The notes: generated by a model from the letters alone, not told the origin. 64,000 nucleotides of DNA from Rhynchobatus australiae (GCA_034780895.1 JAUZTB010000027.1:15456569-15520568); one strand, 5' to 3'; positions 27,601 to 41,149 are shown, numbered from the stretch's first letter. Numbers and translations: made by a program.

Positions 27601-28064
27601 CTGAAACCACAGAAACACCACTCTGTCACACACACTGCTTACAAATTGCGTTATTTATGAATCAGTAACTCAAAGTGTGCCAACTAATTCTCTTTAATAA
27701 AAACATTGAGTAGTTTGCAGGGAAAGGATACCCAATCAATGGTAGGTCAATTGGCAACTGTAAATAACCACTGAGTGTAGATGAGTGACAAAATAATGAA
27801 AGGGTAGCTGAGAGAGAATAAAGTAGCAACATTACAGCGATACAAGAGGGGAAATGGAATTAATAGGATTGCTCTGCTGGGAGCCAGTATGGACTCAATG
27901 GGCTAAATGGCCTTTTTCTGTCATAGTAAGAGGCAGTTAAGAATCAGATGATACTGTTCCTGACTAATGAATTTACAAAAGCTATTCCAAACCTGGGTAC
28001 AGAAATCTATTACATGAGAAGTTCACTGAGATGTGACGAGATATGGAAGATCTGTGGACAGAAA

Positions 28065-28292
28065 CGGTGTGTAGCAGAGGGTGGTGGGGAGGTGGAATGA
28101 ATTGGCAGAGAAAGTGATAGAGGGGGATACAATTACAATGATTAAAGGACATTTAGACAGGTCCATGGATAGAAAAGGTTTAGAGGGATATGGGCCAAAC
28201 GCAGGCAAATGGGGCTGACTCAGGTAGACCACTTGGTCAGTATGGACGAGTTGGGCTTGAAGGGCCTGTTTCTCTGCTGTATAACTCTGATT
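28065..28292 (+). mobile_element. CR1 LINE 3' tail
   Basis: Homologous to 5350-5560. Confidence 0.75.
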
Positions 28293-29358
28293 CATTATTA
28301 AGATATACATTGTAGACTGAAGCACAAGTTGCACTGGCATAGATGCTGCTTCCCCTTTCAGGACCCTCAAATTTTAAGAAAACACTTTTCTTGGGTTTAA
28401 GATATATTTATATTTTCCTCAATGAGCTTAATGTCAATAATGATAAATAAATCAAGTTTTGAACCCCTATTTGTTCATTTAATAATGTACTGTGTTATAC
28501 CATTTCATTTTATCAACTAAAATTTTGTAAAGTATGAAGGAACATGTAAATACAGATTTAATTAGTAGTGGTTTGGAAAATAAAAATCAAATTCCACAAA
28601 GCTTAATCTTATTTGATGAACACACTGGTGTAAAAGTCACACCAGTGAACAAGTCCCTCTGTTTTAAACCCCTTCTAAACATAGCCAGAAAATAGACTTT
28701 TACATTAGTTTTAATGCAGTTAAATACTGTAGAGTACAGATGATGGGGATGCAGAATGGAGCAGTTGGCAAACACTACAGACCAACAGATTTGGGAGAGG
28801 TAGATATGAGATGCTACTACTGCCCTCTCTGGTGAACAGCTTTAAATGCAGCATTACAAATTTACTAGTTTTTAAAAATCATAAATGCAGATATCTACAA
28901 GTTAATCTGAGATTATGACAAACTGTCCTGTTGTGGGAACAGGAAGGACTTACAGACATTACACTTTTAAAATAGTTTAGATCAATCACTGGATAACTGA
29001 TTGCCTGAGGAGATCAGGAAGGAGTTTCCTAGATTTTTTCCCCAAAATTGGCCTGGGCTTTATTGCTTCTATCGGAAAATCAAAGTGTTACACAGGGTGA
29101 AAAGTGTACATACTAGCATGATCAAAGTAATCCATTATTGTGGGACAGGTTGGGTGGAACCAAGGGTCTTTTCCGCCCATAATTGCTTGTGTGAACACAA
29201 GAATATTCGAAGTAGGAGCAGGAGTTGGCCACACTGCCTGCTGCTCCATCCAGCATCATAGCTGAGATGGTCATAGCCACTGTCTTGTCCAATCCCCAGA
29301 AGCCTCGATTCGCCTACAATGCAGGGATATTAAAAGGAACATCCTGTGATTGGCTTAC

Positions 29359-29477
29359 CTTCCCCAGTGCACTGCTAGGTTCTGACCTATTGACTTGATT
29401 AGATGAGAAGGGCCATGATCCCAGACACACTGTTGGGCCCAGCTTTCAGCAGACCGTTCCAATTCATTATCCCACTC
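29359..29477 (-). CDS. CRISPLD2: CRISPLD2 exon: [39 protein letters not shown](R)
   Basis: 119 nt, AG/GTAAG flanks, CAP motifs WD.ELE and GQNL. Confidence 0.96.
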
Positions 29478-29574
29478 CTATAAAACAACAATCCACACAT
29501 AAAATCAGAAAGTGATGTACTGTTAAGGTAAAGCATCACAATTAAAGCAAGAATTGTATGTCAAATTTAGAAAT

Positions 29575-29945
29575 ATAAAATAAAAACAGAAAATGGTGGA
29601 AACACTCAACAGGTCAGGCAACATCTGTGGAAAGAGAAAGAGAGTTAATGTTTCAGGTTAAAGATACCTCTGTTGCCCTCTGCCACTTCTACAGTTTTCA
29701 GTTTCCTAGTCCCAATAAGCTCATCTTTACTATGGACTGACAATCCGTTTCTGCCCCCATCCCACTCTAGGCTCTTCTGAGAACACTCCACTTCTTCTTT
29801 GAACAGTGGCCCAACCAGTTCCCTGCCTCCAACACACACATTTATCTGGTTGAAATATCCATCTCTCCCCCACCCTTACTTTTCCAGTTCTCTTTCCAAG
29901 AAGTGGCCTGACCAGCTGAGTGTTTCCAGCATCTACTGTTTTTAT
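29575..29945. mobile_element. Penelope-derived inverted-arm repeat (degenerate)
   Basis: Minus arm about 29575-29665, plus arm about 29890-29945. Confidence 0.55.
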
Positions 29946-31420
29946 TACAATTACAACATTCCTTGTAATTGCCCATGCAGATATATGTGACAATCTGTTT
30001 AATTATAGATGTTTCCAATGTACTGCTTATTCATACCATAAAAGATTTCCATTTAATGCTGTGAATTAAACAAGAAATATCGTAGCTCTAGGTGAGATGG
30101 TTATGTAAATACCCCAACCAGCCTGCCTGCAGGTTCCCTACAACTGTTTTCTTTTAATTATGCAATCTAAAATTTCCTTTGTAGATATTTTATGAAGACA
30201 TTTTACTCAAGGATGAAAGGATAACTTAGAGAGACACACCATATTAATCATGCTTATCTAGGGTTCATTTTTTTTTCATTACTATACCGAAACATAATAA
30301 ATTGTTGTTTATACAACTAATAGTTTTTCTTCTTGTTCTTTAATTCATCACTTAAACCCAACTTCTTTCTGTTATAATCTCTCTACTGAAATGTCCCCAA
30401 ATCTACCAGAAACAGGGAGAACAGGAATCACAAGCAAACATTGGAAAGGTGTGCCAAACAAAGGGATTTGATGGAAGACAATACAAATGTGGTTTCTTCA
30501 TACTTTGCCTTGTTTACTCCACTTGATCTGCCAAGATCTGCTACTCTGGACAAAATAGTGCAAGCCATTAATATGTTTTGGGAGAACAGGAGGTCAGACC
30601 AATCTCAGCAGAGCTTCAGGAACAGGACCCTCATCCTCAAAGCCTTTGAATATTTATAAGGCAGAGATAGATAGAAATTTGATTAACTAGGTGATGAAAG
30701 GTTGCAGTGTGCAGATCAGAATGTGGAATTGGCCACATCTTATTAAGTGACAAAGCAGGCTGCAAGGGCCAAGTGGCCAACTCATGGAGTTATATAGTGT
30801 AGAAACAGGTCCTTCAGCCAATTTGTCCATGCCAACCAAGTTGCCTACCTGAGCTGCCTGCCTTTAGCCCATATCCCTCTGAACCTTTCCTACTCCTGCT
30901 CCCAATTTATCTGGCCAGTGCCAGTCAGGTTCTGATACAGGTACGAAAGGGCCATCCCGAGAAAAAACAAAAAGCCAGATGATTATGCTGGACTTCACAC
31001 AAGGAGACCTGATTTCTGATGAATGGCCATCCACCTGAAATGTTAACAGTTTCTCTCTCCACAGATTCCACCTGACCTGCCGAGTTTTACGTTGGATTTC
31101 CAGCCCCTTGCAGTGCTTTGCTTTTTGATATATCTATTTTCCCCAAGTCTATTCTCTCACGCCATAAACACACACAAAGAATTCTTCATTAAAAGTGAAA
31201 TGATGGGACCTAAAATAACAAAAGGAAGATAGGGCAAAGTTACATTGAACTGATTGCCTTATTTCTTCAGTACAGATGTATACAAGATGGGATCTTTTTT
31301 TATTTGTCTCTCAGACCTCAGAATGTTCCCAAGTACCTCAAGATCCACTGCAGTACAATGGGAGCTCTGAGCACTCTGAGGGTGAGGCCTGTCGTCATAC
31401 AAACCTGGGCAGGTACTCAC

Positions 31421-31645
31421 CATGTACTCCATGTTGGAGGATGAGGGATAGACCTGTCCCCGCAGGTGATTGTGAAGTTGCAAAATCTCATCTTTGTCGA
31501 TCTGGGGGATGGCTCGCTTGTTCCTCGAAAGGACATATTCCAACAAACTTTCGACATGCGAGGCGTTGCGCAAAATCCCGCAACTCGATTCCTGAGCCAG
31601 GCCAATTATAATGGCGACAAAGGTCCAGGCGCAGACAGGGCTCAT
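31421..31645 (-). CDS. CRISPLD2: CRISPLD2 first coding exon: MSPVCAWTFVAIIIGLAQESSCG...SRNKRAIPQIDKDEILQLHNHLRGQVYPSSSNMEYM
   Basis: ATG in GCCATGA context, hydrophobic signal peptide, RNKR basic site, LHNxLRGQV..SNMEYM, GTGAG donor. The exon extends 5' to an acceptor at 31712-31711. Confidence 0.95.
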
Positions 31646-32369
31646 GGCTGAGGAACGGTGTGACCTTCAACAACCCACTGAAAAGGTTTGTAAAACCTTA
31701 AGGGAACAATCTAGAACAGAGGTAACAAATGGTCAGACTCACCTGATGCTAGAATAGCTCCACCATGTGTCCTCAGGAGGAGACACCAGCTATGTCAATG
31801 CACTTTGGAGTTATGGAGCATGACTGATATTGAATTACAGCCCAACTACTGTTGGGCACTCACATGGGAAAGACGACTGCACGTTCTGATGGAGCAACCA
31901 GTGGTGGGATTTGCTCTGTAGGTTGGATGTGTTGGCTGTGTCTATGAGGACAGATTGTTGGCCGGGCATCAGTAAATACAATCTAATTACTACTCCAAAT
32001 ACAACAGAGCCAATCGAGATGATAACCACCCGATCCTTCACGTGCATTAATTTTTTGCCTCTTACCCTCTATTTCTCTTACACAAATGCCAATACCTCCA
32101 CTGTATCTCCCCCTTGTAGCCATCCCCATCCCCACTCCTCCGAAAGAGCCTGAACACGTTAACACATCCCGCGGGACAAGAGGCTTGTTCGCCTGGGGAC
32201 GAGTGAGGGTTGGCTGCACATCAGTGGTGGGTTCATCGCTGGGAGGTACAATATGTTCTAATGGTCCTCTAGTCAAATCTTGCAGACTTTACAACCCGCT
32301 TGAAAACTGTAAGTGCTTGAAAAGAGTGCACCTTAATGCAAACAGTCCCCAGTGTTTCCTTCCACTCAC

Positions 32370-32540
32370 CTTGCAGCTGCAGCAGGAGGATGAAGAGAGC
32401 TCAACGTCTTCGCTGGAAGGGCTTCAGAGTACAGCAGGAGAGATGTGGAGTTGGAAGAGAGCACGCACTCGCTTTCGAGCAGACTCCTTTAACGCCGCTT
32501 CAGCAGCTGACTGGCGGAGCTGAGGTTCACGGCGCTCTCT
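32370..32540 (-). other. CRISPLD2: Probable non-coding first exon of CRISPLD2
   Basis: Strong donor AAG|GTGAGT at 32369, CpG-rich segment, TATAAA about 30 nt upstream of the inferred start. TSS is approximate. Confidence 0.6.
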
Positions 32541-32930
32541 GCGACTCTGCGGCAGTCGGCTGCCGAATTTATATCTGGGAGCAGAAGGCTGGTCATATCC
32601 TGCGAAGTGATTTTGTTTGGCGCCGGACCTGGAGGTGACGCTATCAGAGTTGGGTCTCCGGCCGCTGCTGCCCTGGTGCGGAGCAAGAGCCCAAACAAGT
32701 CTTCATTTGATAAGTTCAGTGGGTGGAGGGAATTTCCCCCTGCTGTGCACTCACTCGCAATTTTTACTGATGCAGCAACAGGTTTGGAAACATCACGCCC
32801 GTGAACTTTCCCGTCCAGACCACGAGACCACTTGAAACTTTCCTCGCAGTCGCTATTCTGTTTGGAAATGTGTCCTCCCCGGGACAGAGAACAAACTCCG
32901 GCTGTAAACCCACCGCCCCCGGGTCGACTT
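32540..32930 (-). promoter_or_regulatory. CRISPLD2 proximal promoter: TATA box (32568-32573), NF-kB consensus GGGAATTTCC (32728-32737), GC box (about 32908-32920)
   Basis: Local CpG/GC enrichment in otherwise CpG-depleted DNA. Motifs read directly from the sequence, function inferred. Confidence 0.55.
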
Positions 32931-33231
32931 CACTGCTGAGGCAAACACATCCCAATTAAACTGGGCGTCCTGGTTTGCTGAGCAAGGGGAGTATTCAGGC
33001 AAAATCTGGAATGTAATAAACGATGGCTGCTGCAATTCTTTTGTCGATCTAATTGAATAAGTTATTACTACAAGAAAACTCATCGTTTAACAGACTGATG
33101 CCAGTTTGTCACCGATCATTGAACAGCAAACTGAAAGTATGATTTCACTTTGTGCTTTGAAAGCATAATTACCATTCTGTTGGAGACTGTAGATACTGGA
33201 ATTACTATTCTTTTGTTATTTTAAACAGTAC

Positions 33232-33410
33232 ATGAACATAGAAGAGTGCCGCACAGGAACAGGCCCTTCGGCCCGTGATTTCCGTGCTGACCGTGATGCC
33301 AATTTAATCCCATCTGCCCTGCACGTGATCCATATCCCTCCATTCCCTGCAAGTTCATGTGCCTGTCTAGATGCCTCTCAAATGTTGCTCTCGTATCGGC
33401 TTCCATTGTA
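33232..33410 (-). mobile_element. CR1 LINE 3' tail
   Basis: Reverse complement of the same tail. Confidence 0.7.
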
Positions 33411-34303
33411 TATTTTCCGTCACTTCCCATGTAGAGTGNNNNNNNNNNNNNNNNNNNNNNNNNNNNNNNNNNNNNNNNNNNNNNNNNNNAACTCCACATG
33501 GATAGATAAACAGATATTCTACTCCAGGATGATTCTGATCACACAAGCAGATTTACTGAAGTGAACTTATTCGCATTGCATGGTTTTCCTTGTAACCGAA
33601 AACCTATGTATTCGTTCTTGCAACCAATCACGTTTAACGGTTTAAGTAATTAGATATTTTTTTTGTTTCCTCAAATGCAGCGCTTGACTTAGTGAATACA
33701 CCATCTGCCAGAAGGGACGTGGGGGAGTTCAAGGTGCTGCTATTGTGCCACTGACCTGCAGTGTTAACGTTTCTTCCTTCACAGATGCTGCTTGACCTAC
33801 TGAGTATTTCCATCATTTTTTTGTGTGTTCATTTTCGACTTGGAGTATCCACTGCATTTTGGACGAGGGAACGATGGTTGATCTGATTACAACAAAGGAT
33901 GCTTATGTTTAAGTAATGTGATCAATGTTGCCATAATGCAATGCTTACTGGGCTGGTGCCACCTGGTATTAAACTTTGTAACAGCAAATAACCAGCTGGA
34001 AGTATGATTTCACATAAGTGTGTAATTACAACTCTGTCATACCTTTCAAACATTCTAACTAACGTAAATGAAGAACAACCTTAGAATGATTTCTGTTACG
34101 CCCAATATAATCACAACCAGCGATAAATATTGATGTTTAATGCACATTAATGAACCTTTAATCACGGTGTATTTCTGGAACGTTTTATGAATGAATATTA
34201 TGTTTGGATCAAGAATTTTGTACAGTATGATTGGCCGTTAGTTAAACTTTGACATTTCATTTTCGCCTGGGTGGGTTAATTTCCAGTGCAAGCTTCTCGT
34301 TGA

Positions 34304-34318
34304 GCTGCCCTCTAGCGG
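34304..34318 (-). promoter_or_regulatory. CTCF consensus motif (CCGCTAGAGGGCAGC)
   Basis: Close match to the CTCF core in a small CpG-retaining patch about 1.8 kb upstream of the CRISPLD2 TSS. Confidence 0.5.
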
Positions 34319-35004
34319 TATCGTTAAATTCATGACTTCTTCACTCTGTAATGACGTCTGTCTCTTCAGCTATCTCATCTTTGGATGCTGTTCGTAACTG
34401 ATTTAAACAGGTAACCTCAAGCTTTTCTGATCGTTAGTTCATCGGAGTTTAACGTCCTCTCCCTGAGATCAATTTTGGGGTACAGGAACAAATATGCCAT
34501 AAAATAAAAGTGGAAAATAAAACAATGCTCATATACACCAAATCTGAAATAAGACAGAAATTGCTGGAAACACTCAGAAGACCAGGCAGCACTGGTGGAA
34601 AAAGAATCAGCGTTTAATATTACAGGTTGATGGCCTTTCAACACAACTGCCTTAACTTGGAGACAAAACAAGTGTTACCTTACAAATCAATAGGGAAAAT
34701 CCCCAATAGGATGGAAATGAGGTGTGTTAGCACATCAGAGGCTGGTGGTTCTGAGTAATAGAAGGACGAAATGAAGAAAACCTGGAATTATGAAAGAAGA
34801 GAAGAAAAAATCTGAATGCTAGAAATATGAGATCAAACACAGGAATTCAGATTTGGAGTAGATCATTTGCCCCCCTTGATCCTTCTCCGTCATTCACGGC
34901 TGATCTGATTGTAACCTCAAATCTGCATTCCNNNNNNNNNNNNNNNNNNNNNNNNNNNNNNNNCCTGGAAAACCAGATTTTATCTGAAATGGTTGAATTC
35001 AATA

Positions 35005-35200
35005 ATAAATAAAAATAGTAAATGTTAGAAACATTTGGCAGATCATGTAGCATTGTTGGAAAGAGAAACATTAGTGTTTCATCTGGACCTGAAATATTAA
35101 TTCTGTTTCTGTTTTTTCAGATGCTTCCTGACCTGCTGAATGTTTACAGCACCTTCTGTTTTTAGTTTGTATTTCCAGTATCTGGGTTTTTTCTGATTTT
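35005..35200. mobile_element. Penelope-derived inverted-arm repeat (degenerate)
   Basis: Family arm sequence in both orientations. Confidence 0.55.
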
Positions 35201-36089
35201 CATTTACCGTTGAATTCAATGTTGTGCAATCAAGGTTTAACTCTGCTGGATTTTGTGATGCAAGAAAATTAGATTTTATTTATAATTATTCCATGGGGAA
35301 AGAACAAGAGAGGGAGGGGTGTTTTAATTGTTTAGCTGTTTCCAAGATCCAGCTGAAGCACAATGTGTGGGGTGTCCTCCTGTGCTGTAATACCATGAAT
35401 ATGATACCACAATTCTCTGTCCAACTATCACTGATTGACTGACAGGTCTTTCCAAGTACAGGTGCACCCATTGATACTTTCATTGTGGGGCCAGGCAGTG
35501 AGATCGATACTTTGATCAGATTTGTTTCACCTGTCATTAGGTTGCAATAATAAAATTATCAAGAGCTATCATATTCACAAAAATGACTCAATAAATAGGA
35601 CCAAATCCCATTTCATATAGGTCACAATCTATTGTTGTGGTTACTTTATTATTAATTAAGATACATTTTTAATAGTTCCAATTTGGTGCAATTCACTTAT
35701 TTTTCTGATCTAAATTTATAAACTAAAGTTAGTAAACAATTGGGATCAGCCTATGAGACATTTGAAATAGCAAAATTTATCTGTTAGAAACAAGGATATT
35801 TCTGAATAATTAGCTTTTTATATTAATCTTTGAAAATGCACATTTTTATAAATTTTTAAGAATGTATTTGCATTGTGCTGTTGGGGAGGGGTTTTGCGAT
35901 TGTACACCCAGCAACAATGAAGGAACAGGAACATATTTCCAAATCACAGTTGTGTGCGACCTGCTGGTGGGTGTGGGGTTCCCATCCACCTGCTGTCCTT
36001 GCCCTTCACGGTGGTATTGGGGATGAGTTTGGGAGCACTGTCATGAGTAGATCAGGGGATGCAGAAGAGGTACTTCCTGATAGAAGTAT

Positions 36090-36438
36090 TTGAAATTATG
36101 AGAAGTGCGTATAGCGTAGAGAATTAGAGTCTTTTTCCCAAGCTAGAGATGTCAAATACTAGAAGTCATAGGTTTAAGAGGGGGAAAGTTTGAAGAAGAT
36201 GTGTGAGGAAAGTTTTTTAAAAGCACAGAGAATGATAGTTGCTTGGAAAGCATTGCCAGGGGAAGTTGTAGAAGCAGATACAAAAGCAATGTTAAAGCAG
36301 CATTAGACTGACATGTGAACAGGCAGGGAAAAGAGGGATACAGACCGCGTGCAGGCAGATGGGATTAGTTAGATTGGCATCATAGTCAGTGAAGCCATGG
36401 TGGGCTGAAGGCCCTGTTCCTGTGCTGTACTGTTCTAA
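36090..36438 (+). mobile_element. CR1 LINE 3' fragment nested in an older minus-strand LINE (about 35860-37460)
   Basis: CR1 tail. The flanks continue a different LINE whose tail is also seen at about 15545-15710, 56870-57190 and 62360-62570. Confidence 0.7.
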
Positions 36439-37589
36439 CTGCAGTGCATTTGTAGATGTACACACAGCAGGGACTGCGCTGGTGGTGGAGGGAATGAATA
36501 GCTTATCTGTCTATCAAGAGAGTCCCGTTGTCCTTGATGATGCTGAGTTTCTGAAGCTGAACTCATACAGGCAAGTGGATTCATGCTCCCGTCTTGTTTA
36601 GTGCAGATGGCGAGAAGGCTGTGTGGCGTCAGGAGTCATTCACCCCAGGACACACAGCCTCTGGTCTGCTCTGGCCCAGCTGAGTTTTTGATCAATGGTG
36701 ACCCCTGAGGATATTGACGGGGGGAAAGGGGTGGGGTTGGAGGGGGCCAAGACACAGTGAAGATAATGCCTTTAAATGCCAGGGTTGTTGGTTACACTGT
36801 CCCTTATTGCCCGCCAATTCTGTGGCAGCAATGTTATTTGTCATTCATCAGCCATGCCTGAATCTTGTCTTGGTCTAATCTAAACCAATCCCATCTGTCT
36901 GCACCTGGTCTATATCCCTCTATTCCCTGCCTGTTCATGTATCTATCCAAATGTCTCTTAAACATTGCTATATATTTGTTGGCATCACCTCCCATGTCAG
37001 TGCGTTCTAGCCACCAACTACTACCTGTGTAAAAAACCTGCAGTTGATAGACCTTTAACAACCGCAACTACCTGTATACATCTAATTGCTAGAGTGTTTT
37101 CCCCTCGATGCCTATTGGCTTCAGTTTTACCAGGGCTGCTTGTTATTTGATGTCAAGCATTCTCGCCTCACCTCTGGAATTCAGCTTGCTGGTCAATATT
37201 TCGACCAAGGTTTTGATGAGGTCTGAAGCAGCGGGAACCTTCCACCCAACAGGGTGCCTGAGTAGGTTTTTGGTGAGTAAGAGTTGCTTGATTTCAATGT
37301 TGGTGACACCTTCCATCACTTTGCTAATTGGAATAGATCGAGTGGGCAGTAACTAACTGGATTAGATTTGTCCTGCCTTTTGGGAACAGGACATGCCTTG
37401 GCAATTTTCCACATTGTTATGTAGACGCCTGTGTTGCAACTTCAGGGGAATTAGGTCCCCAGGTTGCTAAAGCACAAGATTAGAAGGATGAAAGAAAATG
37501 ATGTGGTAGTCAGCAAGCAGTCTGAGTGGTTCTTCATCAGTGTTACTGCACCCACTCTGGTTGGAAGTTTATGGCTTCATCAATTTAAA

Positions 37590-38040
37590 CAATGCTCAGC
37601 TCTATCTCACCACTACCTCTGTCTACCCTTCAATGCCTCTTAACTTCTCAACTGATTGTCTCACAAAGCACTGAATGAGCAGAAAATTCCTTCAATTAAA
37701 TACTATGGCAACCAAATACGTAACCTTTGGAACTCAGCCAAATCTCTATTGCTTCATCACAACTCCATCCGAGCAACTGTCCAAGGCTGAACCAGATTCT
37801 GCAATCCTGATGTCATTTTTAGTATAGGGATAAGCTTGCAACCACGTATCTGCTCCATCACTAAAACAGTTTATGTCTATGTCCATAACATCACCCGACT
37901 CAGCTCACCACTGAAATTCTGATTCATGCCTTTGTTGCCTCTGGAATGATTATTCTAAAGCATCCCTGACCAACTTGCTTTCTTCTATTCTCGATAAACT
38001 TAAGGTCTTTGAAACTTCATTCCAGCTTGTTCCAAGTCAC
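37590..38040 (+). mobile_element. L2-type LINE RT C-terminal remnant
   Basis: Degenerate SITKT...NITRL...EILIHAFVAS motif, similar to L2 LIHAFITSRLDY. Confidence 0.5.
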
Positions 38041-41000
38041 CACGAACACTTCAGTCCCGCAAATCTGATAACTGCACAGGTCCGAGATTGAATTGATGCA
38101 TATAATTTGTATGCAACCACCATCCATTTACTGCATTGCTCTGGAGAATTATCCTGCTTTTATTGGGAGAATTGGTTGTGGTTTCTGTCAGGTTTATTCT
38201 TTAAGCTTTAAAGAAATTCATTTTCCTGAGTAGCTAACCTGTAGTACAGCCAAAGTCGGTTGCTTCCTACTAACTGGCACAGCAATGTCAATGAAAGCAA
38301 AAAAGGAAGTAGTGTTTGAAACATTATATTTAAAAAAAGCCTTTAAACCAAATGTACAATGGATTCTGCACGAAACTCAAAATATTTTTGGCAATAGAAG
38401 TGATTGAGGGATGTTGTGAAATGGGAAATAAGAAAGGTGATCAATCACGGGGATGAATTCGTTGCTCCAAATTCCTTTCTACAGTCACCAGCAGTGCCTG
38501 TTTTTATGTTAACTGTGCATGACCTCACTTGCTAACAATAAGTGCTTCCACCTGGAACTAGTCTTTCTTATTTACAAAAGTTGAAACGTTTAGCACAGAC
38601 ATATTATTCCAATACTTTAATTGGTCAAGGGTTCAATTATAGTGAACCATGGAGAATAATAATCCAGAATGAAAAACTGCAGGCTGTGCATACTGGAAAC
38701 GCAAAATAAGAATGGAAAATGCTGGAAATACTCAGCAGGTCAGGGAGCATCAAAGGAGGGCAAAACATTTCAATTTGGTTGAAAGATGTGAAATGTTAAC
38801 TGTTTCTCTCTTCACAGATGATCCACATGTGACAAAGTTATTTCTAACAAATTTTAAATACTCCTCAATTGCGAAGATTTATTTAATTTGTTTCCTGTGC
38901 TCATTTGGAAGTGAATATATCTGTATTTCAGCCAAAGCCAAAAACCAGTGGTAGACCAAGTTAAACCGTGCAAAGCACAAACTACCTCTGATTTATCATT
39001 TAAATCTAAGTTTAATACAATGTTAGTAAAAGTCTAATCAACAACACCCAAGTCTCTCTAATCTCACCACAGCTCAATGAGTAGCAAATATTGTTTTGAA
39101 TTCAACATTAATTTCCAAAAAGTTTTCAATATTTAGTATCAGAGTGCCACACAGATATATAAAGTGTTAGTTGTTTATCATGAGGGCCTGCAAAATTTTC
39201 CATAAATATCCCAATATGAGGCAGCTTTACTCAAGAAATAACAAAAATAAGTGGCATTATTAGAGGTTACAATATCAGAGATGAAAAACGCTATGATGCT
39301 GGAGGAACTAGATTCCAACATCTGCAGTCCTTTGTTTCGCTTACAGTATTGTAGGATTCTCCCATTGACTTAATAAATATTCACACAATATTAAGTCCAG
39401 AAGGTGTGCTGAGGAAGCAAGTGATCTCAACCAGAGCATAAGTTTATTTGACCTTGCATCCAAGGCTAGAGAGGAACAGTGTGTACTTTTGTTTTAAATT
39501 CAAGGATGTGGACAATGCTAGTAAGGTAAATATGTTGTGCCCAATTTTTTCTCTAGAATGTGGTGGTGGGCTCCCTTCTTGACAAATAAGTGGCTTGCAA
39601 GGCCACTAAAAGGGGAGCAGTTAAAAGTCAAGCATCCATTCCTATGTCACCAAGCAATGACCGCAGAGTTTTGAGCAGTGGAGCAGTAGATGTTTACAAC
39701 GATTCAGCATCCATTCTACCTTCTACTCATGCTTGCCTCTACCCTAGCTGAAATTTATTGCTAACTCAATGCATCAGGATGGAACTAGAAATCTTTTGGT
39801 CTGAATTTGATCACGGACACCATTACAGATGTTAGTGTTTTAAAAAAATATTCAAATCTATATAATTAACTAAATGTAAAGTCCTCAGCTGCCATTGTGG
39901 AATTTGAACTCAAGTTTCCAGATCATTAAAGCAAGCATCTGGATTACATCTCCATTGATTTAACCACTTTTTTCCTATACCAAGTATTCCATTGCATTCA
40001 TCCATTCATTTGTAATTGAAATCTAGGAAATTTCCCAGGGAGTAAATGCATACCTACAGTGGAGCTATCTGCTAGAACTTTAAAGTCTAGAGGAAAACAT
40101 CAAAAGTGGGTATTTAGGATAAAAAAGAAAAATATTTTGGATTTACTTTGATTTGGAAATTATTCTTAGTCAGTTTTCAATTTCTAATGGGATTACATAG
40201 AAACTACATTTTTTCATTGCAGTGAACATGACATTCCTTCATGTGACTAAGTATTTGGTTCCAAGCATGCACAGTTGTATGTCTCCCATCATTTGCGAAA
40301 GCTCTTCCTGGCAGGTTTAACCATTTGTTATGGTTTGAACCATTTAAAACTGCTAACACAGGAGATTGCAAATGCTGATGGCATAATGATTGAAAACAGG
40401 GTGGATGAAAATGTAAGATTACAAAATATTAATAAATTTAGCAAAAGTGGCAAATGAATTTCAATGTAGCTATGAGCTCATCTGATATACACCAAAAATA
40501 ATAAATCACCCTATAAAAGCAAAAAGCAGAGGTCCAAAGCAGTTTAGTTGCAAATGTATGCAGATTAAGACATTACTGATATGATAAATACCCAAACAAC
40601 AAAGAGGTTCTTAAAATGCCAGCCTTTGTTGCCAGCCTTTGTATCAGGACTACAAAGGTTAGAAGGCGATCAACAACTCAGTGCCTTGTTTGGACCACAG
40701 CTGGTATGTTCAGTTTTGGTCACCCATATTCAGTAAGAACATACTGACACTGAAGAGAGTGCTGAAGATTTACCAGAATTTTGCCTGGACTCCATTGGTT
40801 CAATTATGGAGAAGATAATTTGCAAATTAGAATTTATCATATGGAATTAAGATTATGGGAACATATGTTCTTAAAACGTTAAGATTCAAGATAGCTCTAT
40901 AGTAATATAAGGAGATGATAGGGTAAATCAAAACAACCTATTTCTTCTGGTTTGGGAACCTAAGGCTAATAACATAGTCTGAGGCTAATAAAGCCTGGCC

Positions 41001-41149
41001 TTTCAGGAGTCAGACTAGGAAAGTTTCATCTACAAAGAGTGAGAGCAATTCTATAAAAGGCAGTTGATGCTAGATCCATTATTCAATTTAAAACAGATTA
41101 TGATCTGTTAAGTAAATTATTTTTAAAACATCTCCATTCGATTTGCATG

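Larger units (their letters stand above)
645..32540 (-). other. CRISPLD2: CRISPLD2 gene span (cysteine-rich secretory protein LCCL domain-containing 2), stop codon to inferred TSS
   Basis: 14 coding exons with GT-AG junctions and consistent phases join to 1485 nt (494 aa + stop). Signal peptide, CAP domain and two LCCL domains. Lies downstream of USP10 on the same strand, as in human. Confidence 0.95.

Noticed and set aside
31738-31745. Extra donor site (CAG|GTGAGT) just upstream of the first coding exon
   Set aside because: It would define an intron of only about 30 nt to the 31711 acceptor, which is too short.
32086-32955. Cluster of overlapping ORFs as a separate gene
   Set aside because: A by-product of the GC-rich promoter and first exon, with no recognisable protein.
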